From Anthoceros angustus (lineage: Eukaryota; Plantae; Anthocerotophyta): a DNA stretch of 64,000 bases. The notes beneath the pieces were generated by a model. It made no database searches. It saw only the letters and a program-made list of their open reading frames with translations, and had not been told where the DNA came from. The stretch is from assembly GCA_010909165.1 (NCBI GenBank), contig MU008155.1, positions 992,001 to 1,056,000 on the forward strand, in the 5' to 3' direction. The translations under genes and the position numbers were made by a program. Below, in pieces: positions 26,737-38,019 of the stretch; positions within the stretch are counted from its first letter, which is position 1; every line of letters begins with the position of its first letter.

Positions 26737-26756
26737 CTGAAGTACAAGAATCCGGG

Positions 26757-28525
26757 TCAGAGTTCTTCCTGGTTAACAGGCACTGACGTAAGCGTTGTCC
26801 TCCCAACAATTTGTTCAGGATCCGAGGAGCCGAGAGCCTGTCCTCCGGACAAACTTGGCTCCTGGGCTCCAGATAAACTTGGCTTCTGGGCTGTGGATGA
26901 ACTTGGCTCATGGGCTCCGGATAAAACTCGCCTCCTGGGCGCCGAATAAACTCGTCTCCTGGTCTCCGGATAAACTTGGCTCCTAACAACATAGTCACCA
27001 ATGCAAAATCCTGGCAAAAGCATGAATGCCACTTTCTGAGGTACTGGTTTGCGGCCGACGGGATGGAACTCCTGCTGCTGCTTCACCACACTCTGCATGT
27101 AGGCTGCATCAAAATCACTCCTGCTTTCACCTGCAATGCCCGATTTGGTAATGAGCCGAGATGTATGAATAACAGTATAAAGTGGACAAAACTAGCAGCA
27201 AACACAGCAACGGCAACAAGGATGTGAATATCCGGGCCAGAGGCAGTTACCTTAAAAAGAGAGCAAGGGTGCTCAAAGCTGGAGGCAAGAAGGTGCGAGA
27301 GCCACACACAGATGAGCAACGAGAGAAGTTTGTTGCCCACAGTCCTGTTCCACTCCTCGACAGCAGCGACGTCTCCTGGAAACGGGCAGTCCCAAAACTT
27401 CCCCATCGGGTCTGTCTTTCGCATTATCGTTGCCTGACTGTGACAGAAGGCATAACACTTCATTCTGCCGCAACCACACTCCTTCCCGACATCTCCTTCG
27501 CAGTCTGGTGGACAAAAGTACTCGCGCAGAGCCGCAACATCGGACTGCCGAGCGCTCAACAGTTGCAACAACCTGTCAGCAAACTTGTCGAAAAATCCCT
27601 GATCACTCTCAATCTCTTTGAACTGCTTGTACTTCACAGCACGGAGCTTCTCCCATTCCAGCTCCGCCGGCAAACACTCAGCACTGCACAAGTCCTGTGA
27701 ATCGAAACCCAAGAAAACAGAGTCAGCGATTAGCTTCTGAAAACCATAGCTGCCATGAATCGAGCCCGGGAATATAGCGGCCACAATCTCCTGTGCTCCA
27801 TCTTTCAGCAAATTCGTTCCCGCTTTGCAGATCAAAGCGTGCGTGAATTCTCTGAGACAGTCCCTCGTCCTGTCAGCCAGGCGCTGCATATCGACGGGAG
27901 TGGGAACCGACCCCTGGTTGGGCACCGATACCGATGCAGCCACATTCCTGTCTCCCGCCTGTGCAGATCCAAGTCTCTTGATTTCCGACTCGAGGCTCGC
28001 TTTCCGAACCTGGAGGCAGCAGACTTCTTCCTGGAGCTGCCAATAATGTGACGAAAGCTGCGCTGTAACCGATTCGCCCTGTTTGCGCTTCATGTCATGT
28101 TGAAGTTGCTGCTCTGCGAGAGCCAAATCGGTCTTATCCGTTTCTTTGCGCATGACCTCCTTCAGAAACATCATATAGCTTTGCCTCTGCTCCTGCACCT
28201 CCCGCCGATGCCGCTCTCGCAAGGCCTGCGTCTCAGGGTCGCTATGAGTCTCGCTCTCCCGCTTGCGTGGAGCAATCCCAATTCCCGAGCCTTCTACATT
28301 CCCCAGGCTTGTTGCCGGCAGTATTCCGTTCCGTTGCGAGTCCGGGGTTGCACCTTCACCATCAAGCTGACCCCGCGCCACCTCAGTTTGCAGCTCAAGC
28401 AGTGTCTCCTCTCCATGGGCAGTCTGGTCCACCACGATGGCATGCCCTCCCAAGGTTGTGGCCTCTTCACAGACTGCAGAACTCAGCTCGGCTTCCATCT
28501 TCGCCGGACCGGATGGCGGCAGCAT
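26757..28525 (-). CDS. GIL1/IRK-interacting (DUF641-related) coiled-coil protein, copy 1; intron 27131-27250
   Basis: Coiled-coil N-half, then VWLSHLLASSFEHPCSLFK|VKAGSDFDAAY-QSVV...VAFMLLPGFCIG-YVVRSQVYP, which matches the recalled GIL1/IRKI C-terminal consensus. There is a 1-nt homopolymer loss at ~27120 relative to copies 2 and 3. The start codon is uncertain (28525 or 28498). Confidence 0.75.
26847..26983. repeat. 24-bp coding tandem repeat, about 6 units (also 40417-40553 and 53480-53616)
   Basis: Unit GATAAACTTGGCTCCTGGGCTCCG. One unit is 25 bp in all three copies. Confidence 0.9.
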
Positions 28526-28887
28526 CCCGCACAAACGTCCCCTGGAGCGCAACGGAGAAAACCACAAAGCGACTGTTCGAGGATGACCGGGCCCCCGCGA
28601 CTTCTGAGGACACCGAGGAACCGGCGGGAAGCTGGTCATAAACCTTGCAGTACCACTAAATTCCACTAAGGTTTATAAACCCTTAAACTCTAAGCTGAAT
28701 ATCTTTTTTTTTATCAAATGAATTTATAAAATAAGAGAAAACGGCAACTGTTTCTGAACTGTAAAACCAGAGTACCTACGGCCAAGCAATCCATGGAAAA
28801 TGTATGTATATGGCCGTATATTTAAATATGTTTGCTGTTCAACAGTTTGAGCAGCGAGTGGGAAGTTGCGTCATATGAGCAATTATG

Positions 28888-29000
28888 GACACCTATGTTG
28901 CTGCACAGAGTGTGCTGTACTCCAAGAATATCGACACCTATATTGTTGCACAAACTTTGCTGAACTCCAACAATTATCATTATCGACACATGTTGTTGCA
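28888..29000. repeat. Short ~46-bp tandem repeat upstream of the gene (also ~42434-42548)
   Basis: GACACCTAT(G/A)TTG(C/T)TGCACA...TGCTG(T/A)ACTCCAA occurs about 2.5 times. Confidence 0.6.
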
Positions 29001-29650
29001 CATTCTTGGTGTATACATGATATTTATGTCATGCATGGCAAAGAGAGAGGGGGCTACGAGAGTAAGGCCATGCCGTGAGCATAGCATGTGGGTACACTTG
29101 GCCGTACATGAAGAACCGATTTTTAAGTGTAGTTCTCCGTAGGCCATTCCTTGTCTATCTACCCATCGTGCCAGGTATGCAAATCTTGCATCATGGACAA
29201 CAACAAGTCACATGATTGTAAAAATCTACATGCCTTTAAGAGCTGCTCCAGGAACCTTGACATGCCCGTGACTTGCCAGTTCCAACTCATACTGACCTTT
29301 TGCAAAATAATTATATTTTTTTAAAGTTTCTATTTCTAGATGTACTACTCAAAATTGCCTTTTTGCTTGATGCTAAGAATGAAGCCTTCTTTTGATCTTG
29401 TCTAATTCATGAAGAAATGCGGCCAAGGCTTTGCGTATTTGCTGCAGTAGTTCCTTCAAGGAATTTTTCTAAGATAAATCTAGGAGGTAATTTCTGTCTG
29501 GGATGTGTGAACGCAGGGCATTTGAATACAAAGTGTTTATCGTCTCCCACTTCTTTTGGAAGGCAACCTTAGGCAATTCGAAGGGCCCTCTTCTTATGCT
29601 TCCGCTGTTCTACCACCTCAAGATTGTAGTCACTGCATCTGAATTTGCAA

Positions 29651-31186
29651 CAGCGTCTGTTTAGAAAGGGGTTTCTCCTGAAACCCCTTTTTGCACATGG
29701 ACGTGGCCGGACCCCTTTTTGCACTTGAAAAAATCCGCACTATAATCAGCCTTTTTGGTATTTCTCTGCAGACATGTCACCCGCAACCTTTTGAATAATT
29801 GTTTTGATACACGTTATTTGAGATTGTAGATTGCAAAGTACGTGGCAAAAACTAAAGTCCCATTCTCGCTCGGGCTTTTTCTTTCAAACTGAGACCGCAA
29901 ACTTATGACGCGACTTAGATCTAAATGCTTCCAACATCCGCAATCATTGCCGTGTGTTGGACGATACAAACGCTTAGAGTTTTTAGGCTTGAGACTCGTA
30001 AACTTATTTGCGCATCAACCTTTCATTCATACCACTCAATCCTAAGACTATACTCGCCTCGAATTTTACAGGACTTTGTTTCTTAGACATTGGGACAATA
30101 ATATCTTCTGGACCTGATATTCTTGATCCACATGCAGCGAGAATGAGAGTGGCATGGTCTGCACTTGAGCCGGGCCCACGCCAAACGCCTCAAGATTCAA
30201 AAGATGCAAAAGGTTCTCACTACTAGTTCAAAGTTTTAACCACTAGAAAAAGATGAGGGTTAAGTAAAGATAAGAACATATCCACATTAGGGAGGTGCAC
30301 AAAAAGGTTGAAAAGCGTCGAAAGGAACCCTTTAAAACAACAAAATATCAAAAAAATACAAAAAATTCAAAAATTTTAGGGCAAGTCGCGCACTTGCCTC
30401 AAAAACTGGACTTTGTGATTTTTAGGGTTTTAAGGGTTTTTAGACTTTTGCTCTTTTTCTTTTGGATGAATGCAGGAATGCACTAGGAGGCATGAACCAT
30501 ATGGGTTCATGCTCCTAGGCCCTTCTTGACCTTGGGTGCGTGCACTTGCTGCACAGGCCTCCTTGCGTGCGCGCGCACAGGCCCCTGGTACATGCACTTG
30601 TTCACCGGTGGGCCCCCTAGCATGTTTGATGATAACCCGGTACTAGGTCACGGAAGAGACGGAACACCGTAAAGGATAAAAAGGGATAGGGTGTTCTTCG
30701 TCGCATTAGGGCATAGGATAGATATATGAGGCGGTCTAGGTGAACCTCCGATGTCTACTACTTGTTATTTTGTTGGGAGTTCGGCACATCCTCGGACCTC
30801 AAAGGACATGTTTCCCCATTAGAAGATTATTTTTCGTTCTTTTTGCACAGTGCACAAGTTTGCGCATAAGCGTTGTTTAAGCGCACTTATATGCGCCTAG
30901 GCCCCCAGTATACAAAACATACAAAACCACACAAAATCACGAAACTACGGACATGGCGAAATTATGGAACAATGAGGTCACTAGCCCTTCATCACACCGA
31001 CTAAATCGCCATGAACAGTACAAGGCGCCAATGCGGTGTAAATGACTCGACGAAGTGGTGCGGGCCAGAATGCGAACCGATGGATGAACACCTACAAAAC
31101 CAACAAAACCAAACCAATTGAGTTTCGTGAAATAGGGTTGGGATTTTTCCAAAACCCTTTGAGGAGAAACCCTTTCTAAGCGAATA
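29651..31186. mobile_element. Non-autonomous TIR element (MITE, CAG...CTG ends, hAT-like), copy 1
   Basis: Left TIR CAGCGTCTGTTTAGAAAGGGGTTTCTCCTG (29651-29680) is the exact reverse complement of 44683-44712, the right end of copy 2. The right end here is noisy and no clean TSD is visible. Confidence 0.65.
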
Positions 31187-32065
31187 TTTTGCCCACTAGC
31201 TGCTGGTGATAAGTCCCCAAGTTGGATTAGATACTCGCATTTTGTATTCTTTGCCCGATGAGTGTTGTGGAAGGGCCTATCACCTTTTAGCGATTTGCTT
31301 CTTCAAGTTCTAACCGATAATTTTGAAGGGGATATCACTGGTCATCTGACACCCTTGTCACGAAGAACACCTTACCTAGAGCATATATGTGCCCTACTTT
31401 GATAATGCACACACCCTTTCGAGGTCATACCGTGATAAAGGCACTTTCAAGTGAACACCCTAGAACTGGAGCCTGAGTAGGTGTGGGCCCGTCTGCGCTT
31501 TTGTAGAATGTTTAGAGGGCTGCCATTTTATATGTTTATTACAACCGAAAACTTTTACTTTGAAGTGGTGGAACACAATGAAAACAATCACATGCTAGAG
31601 GAGTCTCATTTTAATCGTCGTAAGAACATTGCAACAAACATCGCTAAAGGAGGAGTGGTCATCGGCGACAATAGTCATTGAAGAGTGCGGCTGGCGACTC
31701 ATCCATGCCTTGCATCGACGAGTCAAGAACCACCGCCATATTAGGATGCGGTCCATATCCGCCTCAAAGTTATCGTTCTCCTCCATTGCTTGCTCGTCTT
31801 CAATAGTATCATTCCCGGCCCACCATCGGCGGTGTGGGCGCCACACGACATCTAGGGTTTGCGACCTCATCCAAAAGGTCGCGATCGTAGTCTTCAACCT
31901 TCGGCACTCAATGCAACCACTTGGGCTTTAAGGCAATGCCGTCCTTAAAATGAACAAAGTTAGTTGCCCATGCGCCCATGCAAGCATCCTTAAAATCAAC
32001 AAAGTTGAGTTATTAAAAGATATGGGTTTTGAACCCGAACCTATTCATTACTAAACCTTTTCCCA

Positions 32066-35033
32066 AACAACAACAACAACAACAACTTTATTTATGTCCA
32101 CTAAGGATGGAGAACCATCATGGGACAGAGATAGTACAGTAAAAGAGGTTTAAAACCGAGTACACTTACGCGTCTGAACTAGAGAAGCGATGAGCGAAAA
32201 GAAGGCAAGACTACAAGGAGTCCAACAAGGATGCCAAGATCAAGAAGCTCGAGAGACATAGTCCAGAGCCTAGGAATGTGGAAAGAAAAATGCGGAAGCC
32301 GCACATTCAAAAGAAGAGAGTAATGTGAGACCGAATATCGGCATAGGCGGGACAATAAAAGAGGAAGTGTGATTGATTCGGGATCCAAGGAGCAAAGCTT
32401 GCATCCTATCGTCTTGGGAGGTAGGCTTGAGCCAAGGTCTCAATCCGGAGGTGGTGGGAGCTAACACGAAATTGACCTATGAGTGTGCGGAGTTTGAAGG
32501 AAAGGGGGCGAGGTAGCAGGCGGGGTAGGAAATTTACGGAGGGAGGATTAACTCGGAGCTCGTCTTTGTAAAAGCGGAGTCTAGAAGTGAGAGGGGAAAA
32601 GGAAGAGGGGACCGGTGAGGCGAAGGTATCTTAATTTAAGGGCCTGAATGGAGTGGTTGGGGGATGTGAGAAAGGGGAGTTGGGAGGAGGGAGAGGGCCA
32701 AGCGAGTCGAAAAGGTTCAAACTCGAATCTTCTAAGCCTTGGCAGCTTGAGAAAGCCAAAGAAGCTTGTGGGTCGATGTGAGCGAGGCGGGAGGACCTAA
32801 AGGCAAGGAGGAGGTAAGGGGATCCAAAATGGGATTAGCAATATCAAGGAGGTGGAGGCGGTAAAGAAAGGATGAGAGACGAAAAAGGCCATCAAGTTCG
32901 AGGGAAAAGGCTGCAAATTCGAGAAAGGAGGATGGGTAATGGAGTGAACACAAGCAATGTGAGCGGAGAAAGGAAGATTGAACCCTTTCCACCTTCGCCC
33001 AAGAAGAAGGGAAAGATCCGGCCCAAATTTCAGCGCCATACAAGGCGGAGGGAATTACCATAGTGTTGAATTGCTTCAAGATTGATATCCCAAGATTCAT
33101 CAGATAAAAGAACGGCGCAAAGCAGACAGCCCATCCCCTTGGTAGCGGGAGGCGAGAGGAGGTCCAGTTAAATTTAGGACCGAAAATAGTGATACCAGAT
33201 AAGTATAGGATCGAACCATCTCCACCTCCGACCATCATAATAAAATTTGCAATCACCCTTGTAATCCCGAGTGTTGAACCGCATAATCTTGGTCTTGCAG
33301 ATTGACAAAGAGACCCTTGGTTTTACAAAAAGGGATAAAACATCCATTGCTTTGCGGGCCCTCGAATGAGATAAAAGAACAATATCATCCATATAGGAGG
33401 ATAGGAATACTTTCGAAATAGCCGAGCACCGGTCGCCCGGATCGGAAGCCATTCCTCAAGCTCATCAATATACAACCCAAAGAGATTTGGGGACAAAGGT
33501 CGCCTCATGACGCCAAGTTGGATAGGGATCCGTGGGAAGACAAACCACGGGAGTCTTGATTCGAGCAAAGACCCTTTGTAGAGAAGGGTAGCGATGCCAC
33601 AAATGAGGAGGCATCTTAAGAGATTGAAGTCTCAAACAACTTATCCCAAGGCAGAGTTGAAAGCACGCTTAAAGTCAACAAAACAACGAAGCGTGCTTCT
33701 TCGATGTCGAGCCCTTCAACAATAGCCGGAGGGTAAAAAGATGATCCAAAGTATTCCGACCGGGCGGAACCGCTTGGCCCCGAGCACGCACCTTAGCCTC
33801 CTCGGCCGTAGTCAAGATCTCCAAACTAGAGCTAAAGATCTTAGCATAGATAGACTCCACGGTGATAAATCGGTAATTAGAAGGGAGATAAGGGTCGCCA
33901 CCTTGAGAATGGAGTGGATATCATTCTCACACCAAGGATGTGGAAACCGAAAGACAAAGCATCATTAACAGAGAGGCAAGATGCGAGGAGAAGGAGGTAG
34001 AGTCAAGAACCGGAATAAATCCCGTGGATACCATTAGGGGTGATGGTATTACCACTTCGAGCTTCCGGATAGCACAGACAGATTGGCGTGAAAACCCGAG
34101 ACCGTGGATCGAGGAATCAAAGGCGGGGAGGCAGAGGGATGTGGTAAAGACTATGAACATAGGAGAGGAGTTCAGAGTGGCTTTGAGAAGAATGGGTGAG
34201 CGGGTGTGGAATTCCTTCCAAAAGGCGAGCCACCGGGACGCGTTCAAGCGAGATAAGACGGTGTGTTCGGCTTGGATGAATTGGGACTTTTCATGGAGAT
34301 GAAGGCTTTGTAAGGCTTGTGTGGCTTTGTAAAGAGCGGAATGATGGGATCCGGGAGGAGATTAAGTTGGCAGTGAGATGCAATTGAGAGCGCATGCGCT
34401 TACAATCCGCATCAAACCAGGATGGCGGGGGTTGGTTTGCACGGGAGGATGGCAAAATTTGAAAGGAAAAGTGGAGAGAGGTTAGAACAAGAGAGTGGCG
34501 GTAGCAGCAAGAAAAGGGAGGGTGGGGGAATGGAAGCAAGGAGGAGCGGAGCAAGCTGGAAAATTGGGGTACAAGGTCTTGTGGAAAGGTGAATCGGTGG
34601 AGAGGCGGTGGGAGGGGAGGGGATCCCGAGGGGCGGAGGAACAAAGATCAAAACAATCAAGATGGTCGACTCCAAACATGTGGAGTCCAGTCCGAGCCTA
34701 GAAATACGCGAGAGAAGGCCGACGTCACCAATAACATAATCCAACCCGCTAGAAGAGGAACCATCGTGAAGAAAGAATTACTGCTGTCCAACGGGAGTCC
34801 GTTGAAAATGACCATGTTGTGGGATTCACTAGGCGTAAAGGGCAACACCATAGGAATTTAGTGGATGGGTATCGAGGAAGACCGATCGAGCCCGAGGGTC
34901 GTGGATCCGGTGAGAAATTTTGTCGAAATCAAAGGAATCATAGATAGCGACTTGTTGTGGGTCCAAGCGTTGAAGTCTAGCAGAAGAATATCAGCAATAG
35001 GGGAAAACTAGGAGATGGACTAGACCAACAATC
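32066..35033 (-). mobile_element. 5'-truncated non-LTR retrotransposon (RTE/RTEX-like LINE), copy 1
   Basis: EN remnants DFNAW (~34970) and DYVIGD...SDH. RT motifs PPGRNTLDHLFTL, PLSPNLFGLYIDELE, YMDDIVLL and NTMVIPSALYGAEIW. C-terminal SSH-L-IETGR. AATAAA plus a (GTT)7 tail at 32066-32092. Confidence 0.88.
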
Positions 35034-35089
35034 CTGTTACAAACTCATTGATCCACTACATATTGATTTTGTTAAAGAAAGTTTGATGA

Positions 35090-36135
35090 GGAGGGCGCCG
35101 GCCGGCCGCCATGGGCAAGCGCGGTTGGTGGGGGCACCACGGCGCCAAGGGAGGGCGGGCGCAGGCGCCACGGCGCCCAAGGTGGTTAGGGGAGGCGCCG
35201 AAGCATGGGCAAGGTGTGTAGGGGAGGACGCCACGCGCAAGGCGCCCATGGGTGGTGTGGGAGGGCGGCCGGCCGCCGGCCACCTACAAGGTGGTGGGCA
35301 GGAGGCGCGCCGGGCGCCATGACTATGAGATGTCAGAGGCACCGGCCGCCGGCCCTAGCTCCACCCGCCAGACCGACGGTGGTGCTAGGAGGGCGCCGGC
35401 CGCCCTCACGCACCGTGAGGCCACTGGGGGGTGGTGGAGGGAGGGCGCCGGCCCCTCCCTACGCGAACCACCCGTAGGGTGGGCAAACGGTGGTGCTGCA
35501 GTTTAGCGGCGCCCGGCCACGGGCCGCCCCTCCTCCACGCACCACCGCTGGGCCCACGATGGTGGTGGCGTGGAGGAGGGCCAAGCCTCCGCTCGCGGCC
35601 CACCCATCGGGTGATACCTGGTGGTGCAGAGGGCAGGGCGCACGCCCACGGCCATCCCTCCGCGCACCACCAGAAACCCCGACGGGTGGTGCTAAGGGGC
35701 GCGGCCGGCCCGCCCTCGCACCGCCCGTAGGCCCACCGATGGGTGGCGTGGGAGGGCGCCGGCCGGGCTCCCCCGACGCCGAACCACCCGTAGGTGGGCA
35801 ACGTGGGCGCTGCGGGCGCCGGCCGCCGGCCGCCTCCTCCACGCACCACCCGGTGGGGCCCACGATGGTGGTGGAGGAGGCGCGTCGGCCGCCCGCTCGC
35901 GCCTCCACCCATCGGGTGGCACTGGTGGTGCGAGGGCAGGCGCACGGCCGGGCGCCATCCCTCCGCTGCACCAGAAACCCCGACGGGTGGTGCGCGGAGG
36001 GCGCGCCACCGGGCGCCCTCCACGCTGCCACCGTAGACGGGCCGGTGCGCGAGCGCCGCCGGCCGCCTCCTCCTCGCACCACTGCCTTATGCCCGGCGGA
36101 GGCGACCAGGCGCCGGCCACGCCTCCTCCGCGTGT
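35090..36135. repeat. GC-rich array of ~60-bp imperfect hairpins, ~300-bp higher-order period, copy 1
   Basis: Stems CCTCC(A/G)CGCACCACC / GGTGGTG(C)G..GAGG with variable loops and GGCGCCGGCC linkers. Confidence 0.7.
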
Positions 36136-38019
36136 CCATTGTGGCCCTCTCTTCCACGCACTTCAGACGTGGCACTTCCATCGAAAAATTCAAAGAGGGC
36201 TAACCTTAGAAGCAACCTTGGAATGAAGGCCTTAGAAGCAAATGCCTCAAATCGAGCGCATTGGTCGATTGAGTGTAGAGGTACTTCCGAAACATCTGTC
36301 ACGGTGGACAAAAGCGATAAGGGATAAGCTACTGCGAGTTGCGTGGCTTAATACAACTGCGAGTCAAAGTGCTGAAGATAATGATGACAATGGAGGAGAA
36401 GGACCAAGTGATGAAAGTTGAACTACGGGGATGAGTGGCTGAAATCTGTTTTTCCGGGTCCCGGAGTTAATGTTGTAAGTCCAGTTCTTGATATTCTTGT
36501 GTTAGGAAATACCTGTCATGGCTTTTGTGGTGTCATAACAAAACCACATTTTCCTCCCAAAGCGAGTTCTGGTCCCTTCCGTGGGGACTTCCTCCTCACC
36601 GTTCCTACTTTGCATTATTCCGAGAGGTTCGAGTTTGTGACCACCATTCGACACAAACATTCTTTGGATGGAAAGTAGTAACTTTCTTTGGTGACACCTT
36701 TTTTTTTGAGATGTTTTCAATGCCTTCAAAATGTTTTAGGGCCCATCAAAACCCTTCGAGATTATTTATGAGAACCCTTCGAGATTATTCACCCCTTCAA
36801 AAATTATCATGTTTTCTGCTGACGTAGGTATTTCTAATGTCTTGGTATGAAATCGTAATATAGAATAAATATTTTATATTATAATAATAATAAGTTATAT
36901 ATTTATAAATCATGTATCACAATATCCAACTAAAATACTATTAATAATGATTTAAATAATATCAAGTAAAATAATATTGTTCAAATCCACTGAAGACATA
37001 TTATCGTGCATCAACTAATATATTTCTAGTCTTGTCACACTAGTAGTTTATGTCATGGCCAAGTGCCCGTGAACGGACAAGCTAGTAAGGGATCTAGGCA
37101 TGATGAATATGTATTGAGCCAGCTTTGTGTCATATTTGGTTTACTTTTTCTAGTACCAACCTCTCTAGGTTATTCTTAGTGGTTGCTTTAGACCATGATA
37201 CCTTCTACAAGAGTTTTGAATGCAAGGTATGGACTTCAATCTTTTGGTTCAGTTTTAGCAAGAGGAAAATTATTTTATGTGCTCGGGTTTTTGCAAAAAG
37301 TATGTTCTAAGTTAAAACGTGCTCACGAAAATGTAGAACACACTGAAGGAGAGAAAGGTTATAGAGGCTGTTATCTCCTTGGTGATCATATATTTGATTA
37401 ATTTTTGTTCAGTTTTTGCAAGCGGTATGTTCTACCATAAAAACTTGCTCATTGAAGTGCAGAATACATTTAAAAATACTCAAAGGTCACTGAGGGAGTT
37501 ACCTCCTTGATGATTCATGATTCCGTTCATTGTGGGCTGCAAACCTTGTGTTGAGAGAGTTGCGGAGAGCCTAGCTAGTGAGTTTGTCGTTGAGTGAAGG
37601 GCAGTAGCTAGTTGGGCGTAGATAGCTAGACTCAAGTGTGCATTCTATGAATAAAGAGCAGCACCTTCATGAGGTGGTCTGCAGGTCGTTAGTTGACAGT
37701 GGGCTACTTGGAGCTGCGTCGTGAGATCGAGAGCGCTGATAGTTGTGCAAGTCTCAATGTGGAGTGAATTGGCGAGGTTCTAGATCACGGAAGCCAAAGA
37801 CTTTGTCGCTTTCTTAGTGGTCACATAGCGAGGGGCATTACTGTAGTATGAAAGAGCTAAGTTTAAGCTTAGAGATTGGATTGTTGATTTTCAAACATGC
37901 ACGATTGTGATTCATGATTCTCAAGAATTGATAAAAGGAACTTGCTTGCAAGAGTGTAGGTTATCATGAAATCCGCAAGGGTTGATTTTTTAAAATTATA
38001 GAACGGAATTATTTCACCT

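Noticed and set aside
27083-28666. 527-aa single-exon ORF as the real protein
   Set aside because: It reads through a 120-nt GT-AG intron (27131-27250). The conserved domain resumes only after splicing.
27182-28669. Plus-strand ORFs of 172 and 190 aa (and equivalents in copies 2 and 3)
   Set aside because: They are antisense shadows of the GIL1/IRKI-like CDS and have no recognisable motifs.
31595-31931. Acidic ORF next to the LINE tail (also 45088-45460)
   Set aside because: The frames differ between the two copies and no family is recognisable.
35090-36135. CRISPR-like interpretation of the hairpin array (and of 22690-23330)
   Set aside because: The context is eukaryotic, the repeats are degenerate, the loops recur rather than being unique spacers, and there are no cas genes.
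35037-36226. Many 100-245 aa ORFs on both strands (also 14645-15345, 4450-5128 and 48535-49400)
   Set aside because: These are a by-product of very high GC and stop-poor repeats. They are Arg/Gly/Pro/Ala low-complexity and not conserved in frame between copies.
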